Positions 12,630 to 23,134 of a stretch of DNA of 59,784 bases are shown here, piece after piece (position 1 is the stretch's first letter; every line of letters starts with the position of its first letter). The DNA is taken from contig JALMLS010000273.1 of the NCBI GenBank assembly GCA_038496445.1, positions 1 through 59,784 of the forward strand. The letters are read 5' to 3'. This stretch comes from Trichosphaerium sp. ATCC 40318 (lineage: Eukaryota; Protista; Tubulinea). Below the pieces are notes generated by a model. That model saw nothing but the letters and a program-made list of their open reading frames with translations. It made no database searches and was not told where the DNA came from. The position numbers were made by a program, and so were the translations under genes.

Positions 12630-14103
12630 AGCGGACGTCCCGTCGGCTCATCCAAATCCATCATATCCGTTGTGATAGCTCGGAAACCTGCATAACCGTA
12701 TAACCAGTTCTAGACTGGAGGTAAATTTAGCTTTTATCACTATTGATCACCCGATAGAGCCAATGCCATGTCCAGTGCGAAGGTGTCCTCGAAATGTTCA
12801 ATTATGTTATCTAGCCATTCTCTGAGTTCCTCTTTATCACTTGTTTTGCCCAGGTCCTTGATTAGTCGTTTTTGCGTGTGTCCATCTCTCACATACGGTG
12901 AACCTCGTCCAATCAGGTTCGTGATTGCTTGTTTTATCTTCTTCTTATTCATCTTTGGTGCTATTGCGGCTACATCCTTTAGTAATCCTTTTAATATTTC
13001 TGTTCTGTGTGCTTTGCTTCTCCTTGTTATTTTTCTGTTCTCTTTTGGTATCTCCTTTACTACCCCTTTCTTTAGTTTCTGTGCTATCACTTCCGTTTCC
13101 TCTATGTCTTTCTGTGTTGGCGGCGTGTTTTCCTCAATGTAATCATCGTCTCCAACCATTCGTATATTTTCTGTGTCGTCGAAGTTTTTGAATTGTGGTT
13201 CTTCATCTGGTCTCAGGAATGAATCTATGAATGGTTTTAATCGCTCCACGTTGACCACCTTGCTCATGCGGCTATGTTGTGGTAGCTCCATTAAGCATGT
13301 TGTGGGTCCAGGTCTGCTTAATATCTTGTAGGGTCCCTGCCATTTGCATGTGAACTTTCCCTGTTCTTCTGTACGGTATGGTATGTTGATCCATACCAGT
13401 TGTCCCGGTTTGTAGTCCACGAACCGTCTCTTCTTATTGTAGTATCTGGCTTGGTCTCTCTTTGCTTTCAATATCGCTTTCTTCGCTATCTGGTATGCAT
13501 ATCTTAGCCGGTGTGCTAATACATCAGCCCAGTGTGCCATCCTGTACTTGTCTGGTATCTGTACTTTCTCTTCATTTAGCATATCCGCTGGTATCCTTGG
13601 TTCGCGTCCAAACATCAGTAAGAATGGTGAGTATCCCGTGGAGTGATGTATAGCAGTTCTGTAAGCGTATAATGCGTACGGTATCCAATAGTCCCAGTCA
13701 TTTTGTTGTGCATTCACTAATGACTTTAGGATTTCTACTATTGTGTGGTTGAATCTCTCTGTTTGTCCGTCCGTTTGCGGGTGAAATGCTGTTGTTCTCT
13801 TTGGGTGGATGTATAGCATATTCATAACCCTCGTCAGGAACTTCCCTGTGAAGTCTTTGCCTTGGTCCGTTAGTACTTGTTTGGGTAAGCCATATCGGAA
13901 GCAGAAGTCCTTCACAAAAACAGGAGCCACGTCCGTAGCGTGATGACTGGTCAGAGGGTAAGCGTCCGTCCATTTGGTGAAGTGATCGGTGATCACTAAC
14001 AGGTACTTATACCCCCGTGCTGTTTGTGGTAGTGGTCCGACAATGTCCATTGCCACTACCTGCATTGGTTCCAGTACAGGGAAGTTTACTGCGAACCCAC
14101 CCT

Positions 14104-15140
14104 CAGGGCTGAAACTCAGCTAGGCATTGCCTTAAAAAATGATGCATATTCCTAACATTTGGCATTAGATGGCAAAATCAAGGCATTTGCATTTGGCAAT
14201 GCCCAATAAAATAAGGCATTTTTACAAAAAGGCAATGCCTTCATCAAAAAGGCATTAATACCAGGCATTTTTGGGCATCTTTTGGCATTGCATAAAATCA
14301 GGTAATGCCTTGTATTGCATTTTTTGGCATTGCATAAAATCACGTAATGCCCTGTATTGCAAGTACTTTATGCCTTTATTATGCCTTATTTTTTTAAGCA
14401 ATATATGCCTTGTATTTTAATTCATATATAAGGCATTGCCTATACTATATCATAGGACTGATCACATTAAGGAAGTGGTTTAAGGTAAGTAACAGTCAAA
14501 CAACTTTTACACTTTTTTTTTCACATCACCTACTGACGTTTTATATAGATAGGCACCTAACGCTCTTAGTAATTCATGAAATTAGACGAAACCACCGCCA
14601 AACGAACCGCAGCACTCTATTTCACCTACAACAGTAGTAGGAGTGAACTCCGCGATATTTCCAGGACCGCGGAATTCTAACACTACAAGGTAAGTTTTTT
14701 TTTTTTTTTTTCTACACCATCTCATATTTTCTTTAAGGTTTTTTCAAATGTGGACTTAGGAGTTTTGTGTATTGTATGTGCACTGTATTATAAAATAAAT
14801 AGTTGTGTTATTACCTGAAAATGCCCTGGTTTATTAGGCACTGTAGACTATGATAATGCTTACTTTTTGCCTTCAAAATAAGGCATTGATGCATGAGTTA
14901 TGCCCTAATTTGAAGGGCATAATTCCTAAAAATATGCAGGCAAAACCATTGCAATCTTGTGTACCAGATGCAAGCATTTTTCATCAAATATAAGGCATTT
15001 TTGGAGCAAAAAATAAGGCATTGCCCTGTATTTGCCTTTTTGAATGAGGCAAAAACTAGGCATTTTTGTAAAAAATAAGGCATTATTTGATGAAAATGCC
15101 TAGGCATTGTCCAAAAATGCCTTGTTGAGTTTCAGCCCTG
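14104..15140. mobile_element. Non-autonomous TIR DNA transposon, copy 1 (1037 bp), inserted in the integrase coding region
   Basis: Perfect 15-bp TIR CAGGGCTGAAACTCA (23/25 when extended), 2-bp TSD CT and many AGGCATT/AATGCCT subterminal repeats. Confidence 0.93.
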
Positions 15141-18100
15141 CTTCGGTAATCTTGGAGTCTTCGCCCTCTGACATCTCTTGCAGGACTCACACCATTCTCG
15201 CACGTCAGAATACATATTAGGCCAGTAGAATCTTCGTGTTAATCGCTGGTATGTCTTTATGAATCCAAAGTGTCCTGCGAATGGTGCATCGTGACATAAT
15301 CGCATGATGAAATTTTGCATATTCTGTGGTACGTATATCTGTAACGTATTTGACCCTTCTATTGTTTTGTTCCTTTTGTCTATGTGATACAATATGTGTG
15401 TATCATTGTCGTATCCGAGGCTCTTCACTTTGGTAATAAATATTGATTTCCTAAACCCATGTTTCCGTTTGACCCAGTTGGGTATGTTTCCTTCTGTGAT
15501 GAATTGTATGTACGCTCTTATGATCGGATCTGTTCGTTGGCAGTTATCCCAGTTTATATTTTCCATTGTGTCCAGTCCGTCTTTGAGTTCCTTTGTGTCT
15601 TCCTGCGTCTTCATTCTTAGGGTTGTTTTCTTTGGTTCATTTGTCTTCTCCCCTGTATGATCGTCATCTATTGCCATGTTCATATATACAGTGTTTACTG
15701 TATCGACTAATGGTGGTCTCGTCAGAGCGTCGGCGTCCAAATGCTTTTTTCCTTGTTTGTACTTTAATTTGTAATCGTAACTTTGTAGTTCTAATAACCA
15801 TCGTGCAACCAGTGCTCTTGGGTTTTGTAGGTTCTGTATATATTCTAGTGGCTTGTGATCCGTGTATACCACCAGTGTGAATTCCGTTAACGAAATATAT
15901 CCTGCAAACTCCTTAATGGCTGATATCACTCCCAGCGTTTCCCTCTCTATTGTTGAGTATTTCTGTTGAGCTTTATTGAATGCTTTGCTGTAGTATGCGA
16001 TCACGTGTTCTCTTCTGTTGTGTTTTTGTACCAGAGTTGCGCCCATCGCTACTTGTGAGGCATCTACATGTATTTCGAATGGTATGGTGAAATCTGGGTG
16101 CTTCAATATCGGTGGTGATATAAGCAATTCTCGTAGTTTTTCGAATGCTTTCTGTTGTTTATCGGACCATTCCCATGCAGCGTCTTTGTGTTTCAATTTG
16201 TTTAACGGGCTTGCCCAGTGGGCGTATCTGGGCACAAATCTACGATAGTATCCTGTGATTCCCAAGAAGCGCTCTACTTCGTTGATATCTTTCGGTGCTG
16301 GTGCTTCCTTGATGACTTTGATTATTCTCGGGTTAGTCGCGATGCCATTAGCGGTTACGATGTGTCCTAGGAACTCTACTTCGTCTTTGAAAAGTACTGC
16401 TTTGGATGCTTTTAGCTTGACATTGTGCTCTCTCATCCTTGAGAACATGAGTTTCAGGTGGACCAGGTGCTCTTCGAAGGTGCTGCTGAATACAATAATG
16501 TCATCTACATAGCACAAGCATACTTGCCAGAGTAGTCCAGACAACATTAGGTTCATGTGCCTCTGGAAGGTGGCTTGCGCGTTCTTTAATCCAAAGGGCA
16601 TTCCTAGCCACTCGTATAATCCCCAAGGCGTTGCAAACGCTGTTTTTGATCTATCTTTATCTGCCATTTTAATTTGCCAGTATCCTGATATAGCATCAAA
16701 AAGTGAGAACAGTTTCGCTCTGGATAATGCCTCCAGTAGTTCTGTAATGCGTGGTAGTGGGTGCACATCTTTCTTTGTAACTTTGTTCAGTGCTCTGTAA
16801 TCGATGCAGAATCACCATGTACCATCTTTTTTCCTTACTAGTACTACCGGTGCTGACCATTGTGATTTAGATTCTTGTATCACTCCCATTTTTAACATTC
16901 GTTCTACCTCCTTTTTGACGATCTCACGCTTCTGTGGCGGTAGTGGTCGGTAGGGAATGTGTACTGGTCTGGCGTTTTCATCTGTATCGATGTAGTGCTC
17001 CGTTCCTTTCGCGTTAGCTGGCGTCTCTAGTTCTGACGTGAATACGTCCAAGTTACTAGCCATGAATGTGTATGCTATTTTCTTCTGTTCTTCCGTTATG
17101 TTATTGCCCTCCATTTTGAATGTCTGTTTCGCTTTCATGATATCTGCTTCTGTGACTTTCTCGTTCTCCTTGGTGATCTTGTCCATCTCTTTCCTGTAAT
17201 CGATATCTAGTGATGACACGTCGTCATCTTCTGAGATAACCCGAAATCGAGCAATGTTGCAGTTTTTCTTGATGATCTTTGTTCTGTTGGTTGCATTCAT
17301 CACGTGTACTGGTACCATGTGTTTGTTAACTACTTTGCAGCATGTTCGTGCGAGTTGTATACCCAGTTTGTTGAATATGATATTGTGACTGTCTCCTCCT
17401 TCGACTTCGTGTGCTTCTACTATTCCCTCTCTTTTCGTGACCGGCGTCGATAGCTTTGCCCAGAATTGACACTGTGAGTATTTGGGTATTTTGATCTTGC
17501 CTCCAGTGATAATGAACGCTTCGTCTGGCTTCTGAATATTCTCTCTGATTTTGTTAAGGCCGATCTCATCTTTTAGTTTGTTGGTTATGGTGTCCGTGGT
17601 GAAATCTATCTTTAAACCAAATCCTTTTATCATATTTAATCCTAATAATATGCGGTATCTGAACTTCTTTACCACATAGAATAGCACATTCTGCTTCTGA
17701 CTGCCAATTGTGATAGGTACTGTAGCCGTTCCAATGATAGGCAACGGTCTGTTATTAGCTGCCAGTACTCTCGGTTGCGCTGTATGATGTACCAAATTCC
17801 TCTTGCTGATCCGTTTCATAGTGGCGTAGCTGATGATACTGCATGTTGCACCTGTATCTATTACTGCGTCTATGTTCTCCATCGTGTCTACTGTGACCTT
17901 CGCCATTGTGATATTGTATGAATATTTCTTTCGTGGAAGGCCATCTGCTATAGTGTTCACACTAGCGTCCTGATGTAATCTAGTGTGTTCTACACAATGG
18001 GTATGCCTTTTGCCTTCTGCTGGTTCGATTGTGTTACCGTTCGGCATTTTTGCGTAATCAGCGTCATCATGACTCAGCAGTTGTTTAACTTCATCCTCCA

Positions 18101-19083
18101 CTATGTACTCGTCTCTCTTTGTGAGCTTGTTAGTGCCAAAAGATCCCATAGGGCCTGTAGAAAACGGAGACTTTGCGTAAGACCAGATATGTTTATTAAC
18201 TTCTACATTATTAACATCATCACGACGTCTTGGGCATCTCTCCGCGGTGTGTTCGCGACTCTTGCATATCTGACATGCTTCTCGCCTGCTGTCAGTGTCA
18301 CGTCTTCTGTCTCGTTCATCTCTACGTGGTGTATCGTATCTGCGTCTCTTGGGTTCGTCTCGGTAGCGTCGATCATCATAGTTGTTTCTTTTCCGTTTCT
18401 CGTCACGTGCTCTCCTTTCTCGTGATCTCGATCTTCTATCCCTATCTGCACGCCGCCTATCATATTCGCGTGTTCTGTTGTTCCTAGTGTACGAATCTCG
18501 CCTGTCGTAATAACGTCGGTCGCTATCTCTGGGGCGTGGGAGCGGTTTGATCTGGCGTTCATCTCTTCTATTGGTTGGTCTGCTGGGTACTTGCTTCTTA
18601 GGCGTTGTGATTGTGTTGATCGCGTTTTCCTCCTTCATGATGCTTCTCTTCCTGGCTAGCATCTGCTTGCGTACTTTTTCCTTATCGTGGTAGCTGCGTT
18701 CCGCCTTGGTTGCAATTTTGATGATCTTTTCGTAGTCCATCTTTGTTGAGTCATAGTTGCCATAATGCGCCTTCACTTTCATCCTTAGGTTAGGTAATAA
18801 CCCAGCAAAGAATACACGTGTCTTTTCCTTGACTGATTGTCGCGCCATGCTAGCCCATCTGTCGATGTATGCACGAAATTCTTCCACTGACTGATCGATT
18901 TGTTGTTGCGCTGATTGTAGCTTCTGGTACGCTTCATCTGTGCCACGGATATAATGGAATCTTCTAATGAGTGCCAGTATCGCTTCTGCCGGTTCATTGC
19001 TGTCCAAGTTACTCAGCATCGTGAATGCTTCTTCTTCGGCTGCTCTTGCGAGTAAATATAAATATCCCTTCTTGTTGATGTTG

Positions 19084-20121
19084 CAGGGCTGAAACTCAGC
19101 TAGGCATTGCCTTAAAAAATGATGCATATTCCTAACATTTGGCATTAGATGGCAAAATCAAGGCATTTGCATTTGGCAATGCCCAATAAAATAAGGCATT
19201 TTTACAAAAAGGCAATGCCTTCATCAAAAAGGCATTAATACCAGGCATTTTTGGGCATCTTTTGGCATTGCATAAAATCAGGTAATGCCTTGTATTGCAT
19301 TTTTTGGCATTGCATAAAATCACGTAATGCCCTGTATTGCAAGTACTTTATGCCTTTATTATGCCTTATTTTTTTAAGCAATATATGCCTTGTATTTTAA
19401 TTCATATATAAGGCATTGCCTATACTATATCATAGGACTGATCACATTAAGGAAGTGGTTTAAGGTAAGTAACAGTCAAACAACTTTTACACTTTTTTTT
19501 TCACATCACCTACTGACGTTTTATATAGATAGGCACCTAACGCTCTTAGTAATTCATGAAATTAGACGAAACCACCGCCAAACGAACCGCAGCACTCTAT
19601 TTCACCTACAACAGTAGTAGGAGTGAACTCCGCGATATTTCCAGGACCGCGGAATTCTAACACTACAAGGTAAGTTTTTTTTTTTTTTTTTTCTACACCA
19701 TCTCATATTTTCTTTAAGGTTTTTTCAAATGTGGACTTAGGAGTTTTGTGTATTGTATGTGCACTGTATTATAAAATAAATAGTTGTGTTATTACCTGAA
19801 AATGCCCTGGTTTATTAGGCACTGTAGACTATGATAATGCTTACTTTTTGCCTTCAAAATAAGGCATTGATGCATGAGTTATGCCCTAATTTGAAGGGCA
19901 TAATTCCTAAAAATATGCAGGCAAAACCATTGCAATCTTGTGTACCAGATGCAAGCATTTTTCATCAAATATAAGGCATTTTTGGAGCAAAAAATAAGGC
20001 ATTGCCCTGTATTTGCCTTTTTGAATGAGGCAAAAACTAGGCATTTTTGTAAAAAATAAGGCATTATTTGATGAAAATGCCTAGGCATTGTCCAAAAATG
20101 CCTTGTTGAGTTTCAGCCCTG
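19084..20121. mobile_element. Non-autonomous TIR DNA transposon, copy 2 (1038 bp), inserted in gag
   Basis: Same orientation as copy 1 and, by eye, the same sequence except one extra T in the poly-T run. 2-bp TSD TG. Confidence 0.93.
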
Positions 20122-20842
20122 TGTACGTGTCGGCCGTTTGTCTTATTCTGGTCAAGTACACGTACATAGCTCTGACGGATATGTCGCTGCCAAATTTGTT
20201 CTGTGCTTCTGGTACTTTGCCAGCTTTATTCATCGTGATTGACTTAGACCAATCACTGCCAAATACCAATCCGTTTCAGTCTCTGATGGCGTGTGGTAGG
20301 AACTGTAATACGCACTTGTGTTCTTCTTTTGTGCATTCCATTTTGTTGAGTCTCTCTACCCTATCATCTGCTTTGTACGAGGATATACTGGATCGACTAT
20401 CAGGCGTCTCGTGTACTTCCTTGCGCACGTCTTCCATATTGCGAAAATCGTCATCATCTTCGTCGTCGTCACCCAGACTGACTGGACTGTTGTATGGCTT
20501 GGGTGCTGCGTCTGCGTCTTTGGTGTCAGTGTTGCTTGTCCTTCTCCTCTTGGTGGTATTTCCCTTTGTAGCATCGCCAGTTCGCTTGCGGATCTTCTTG
20601 GGCGTGCTGGTGACCTTTGGTACATTTGTGAATCCCTTGGCTGGCGTCGATCCTTTGCCACGTGTGGGACCAGGTTTGTTCTCGCTTTCTTCATCGGAGC
20701 TGAAATTCACACGTAGCTCTTCCCCCTCTTTCTCGCTAGATTTGCCTTTCTGCTCGTTCTCCAATCCCGTACCTGCGTCAATATCGGCGTCAGCCGCGTT
20801 ATCCTTAATGGTTTCATCATTGTCGCCAGCAGTGCTCATATG

Positions 20843-20856
20843 TGCTCGTGTCGCCA
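20843..20856 (-). other. Primer-binding site (possibly tRNA-Ser)
   Basis: TGGCGACACGAGCA lies 2 nt from the 5' LTR and is complementary to a tRNA 3' end ...TGC-TCGTGTC-G-CCA. The G discriminator fits Ser; the tRNA identity is an inference. Confidence 0.7.
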
Positions 20857-20858
20857 AA

Positions 20859-20980
20859 TGTAAGAGTGATTTAGGTAAGGAGAGAGTTCAGGCCGATCCC
20901 TGAGTGTATTTATTGTGTACGCTTAAGGCGTAGTAGTACAAGATTAACTTAAGAGACATCCGTCATATGTGTATCTTACA
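20859..20980 (-). repeat. 5' LTR (122 bp)
   Basis: Identical to 12491-12612; adjacent to the PBS. Confidence 0.95.
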
Positions 20981-21267
20981 CAAAAAGCCATAATCAAGCA
21001 AGTTTAGCAAGATAAAAAAAAGAGATTTTGCAAATCCGGCCCATCGAGTCGTCATCAAAAAAGTCAACTTTTGTAAACCCAAAAATTGTGGATTTCACAA
21101 TAAAGAATACGTAACTCCCCAATGTCGCAACAACGCCGTGGCTTTTCCAAGTATTATGACAAACGCCCAAAGGATCGCGTGTTGAAATGGTCAAACAGAG
21201 AATCCATACAGTATGTACTTCATAACATCTGCAATACTGGCAACTAATATTTCTTTGGGCTCCGATT

Positions 21268-22452
21268 TTGACAGCAGCATTGAAGCCTTACGGATTTACC
21301 TATGTTGACTATCCCGTGTTAGACGTTTGGACTAAACTTAAAAAACAACGTAACGTTATTGGTATTGGAAAAGCCAAGACACCAATGGCATTTTTCACCT
21401 TCAAGTGGGATAATAAGATTTTTGAAAACTTGTTATTCACAAGCACATATGAACAACATCACACTGACCTAAAAAATGGGATCACTACCCATATGACGAA
21501 CTTCTCTGGTATAGTGATATGGCATGGGATTATTGGAATACAGAATATTCGCACATTGTGGAGCACAGGTGAAGCACAAATTTTATTTACTGGGAAAACA
21601 GGTTTGTTGCAACTTAATCACTACTTCAACATCTCTGCCAACATGAAATTTGATGCTAACATGGTACATTCATTTCTAGTGATTGTCTTTAAGCGCCACA
21701 TGGTACCAGGTTATTTCACTTGTGCTGATGAAATCTGTATTCCATCATAATATTTCAATTGCCATATAAAAACTCACAACACTAAGAAACCATACGCATG
21801 GGCCATAGAATTGAAGTGTCTCGATGATTCGAACTAGGTATCTGATTGACTTTATCAATACTTTGATATAGCCTCATCTCACACCAAATGAATCCTTCTT
21901 TCATGTGCAAAATGGTCGAAAACAATTGGAAGGTGCCATTTTTTTACATGTGACTCTAATTTTTGTTCAGCCATGGATCTCAACAAGCCGGGGGAATTTG
22001 ACTTAGACGCTACTTCATCATGTAATACCAACCACTGTCAGTGGCCTTGCAGCAATCAATTGCAAAAAAAGTGCCTGTGGGATACACAAGATTGGCACCA
22101 TTGGACAAAACTGTTGCTGTTGCAACAAATAGCAATGAAATTGTAAAGTTGGCCACCACTCTCTACTGTGTGCATGATGACAAAAGTTCATTTGACAGTA
22201 GCAATAAAAGATATGTTCAAAAATAAAAATGATGACACCAAGGGAAATAGTGATCAATTTGGCCAGCTGGTCAAGTCCTATTGTACAGATAGGCGGTTCA
22301 AAAAATGGAACATGACACTTCTTGTTGGTTGGTTTTACTACACCCTCACAACTGCTTTTATTCTGTATAAGTGTCAAGACGGAACCCTTACTCCCAAAGG
22401 TTTTTTACAAGAAATTGCAACGGAATTGCTTCTCACAGGGACAGGAAAATAA
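21268..22452 (+). pseudogene. Degenerate piggyBac-family transposase
   Basis: TPMAFFTFKWD, FSGIVIWHG, PGYFTCADE (D1), KKPYAW, FFTCDSNF (D2) and KGNSDQFGQLVKSYCTDRRFKKW (D3 region). Several stops and frameshifts. Confidence 0.82.
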
Positions 22453-23134
22453 CCTCCTAATATATTTGTGACAGTTTTTTTTTTCTTGTGATTTTTCATG
22501 ACGACTCCTTTGGCCGGCACTTTCAGAAAAATGAGACGGCGGTTTTGCGAGAAATTTTGTTGTGGCTTCCTTTTTTGTTACTCATTTTCCTTTCAAATAG
22601 AATTGCGCATTCACAAAACACGTATTCAACTAGTACGTATTATTACACGACTACAAGCCCGAATTTAAGGACATTCGCTCTTGTTCACGAGAACCTACCA
22701 TTCGCTCCCGAATTGGTTAGGTTTGCAGTGCTACAAGTGTACACTATGTATTCGGATGTATAGCGGGCATTTTGTTCTTTATTTTTTTAAATACGCGCTA
22801 CCAAGCTTTTGCTACAATACCAACAACCACGGATCACTTAAAAAACATGATGAATAGTTTTTCGGCAAAAAATATCATTTTCTGATTCTAGAAAACGTTT
22901 TGATAAACCATACACTCCTTGAATCTATTACCATAGTACTGTGTAATGGTATTCTAGCGATGAATTCTTCAAATTCTTTGTTTCACCTGAAAACTCACCT
23001 TTTTTTTTCGCTTGTGTCATTTTTGACGAAAAATGTAATGACGAATGCTCCGCACTTAACCTAAAAATACAAACAAACTAAACTCCAAAATTTCCTAATC
23101 TTGATTAGAATAACATCACCTCCTCCTCGTTACC

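Larger units (their letters stand above)
12740..20839 (-). pseudogene. gag-pol polyprotein (single ~2006-codon frame once the inserts are removed; two in-frame TGA stops)
   Basis: Zinc knuckle CQICKSREHTAERC, protease IDTGA, RT YVDD, RNase H VDAS/ERE/YTDH, integrase HDAPFAGH..CKRC, MDIVGP, TDQG, TERFN and WQGPY. Removing each insert plus one TSD copy restores the frame (RLPK|GGFAVNFPVLEPMQ and ADTY|NINKKGY). TGA at 20276-20278 and 16812-16814. Confidence 0.93.
12491..20980 (-). mobile_element. Full-length Ty3/Gypsy LTR retrotransposon (6411 bp without its two nested inserts)
   Basis: Identical 122-bp LTRs (TGTAAGA...TCTTACA), 4-bp TSD CAAA (12487-12490 and 20981-20984), PBS and PPT. Domain order is gag-PR-RT-RNaseH-IN. 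Confidence 0.96.

Noticed and set aside
14120-14440. CRISPR-like array
   Set aside because: The motifs are 6-7 bp, irregularly spaced and in both orientations, with no unique spacers or cas genes; the context is eukaryotic.
14152-15107. Short ORFs duplicated at 14152/19132, 14410/19390 and 14898/19879
   Set aside because: They are by-products of the AGGCATT-rich repeat element, with no protein motifs.
14104-15140. TIR inserts as self-removing introner-like introns in gag-pol
   Set aside because: On the coding (minus) strand, the best terminal GC...AG pair in copy 1 would lose 1 nt, and copy 2 has no terminal AG. Splicing at the element ends would not restore the frame.
16812-16814. TGA reassignment or programmed readthrough
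   Set aside because: This TGA sits at a conserved Arg inside RT, not at a gag/pol junction. The other in-frame TGAs are in decayed sequences and imply no consistent amino acid. None was seen within the conserved host exons I translated.
20088-20903. 271-aa plus-strand ORF and other antisense ORFs over gag-pol
   Set aside because: They are shadow ORFs of a GC-richer coding strand, Ser/Leu-rich and without motifs.
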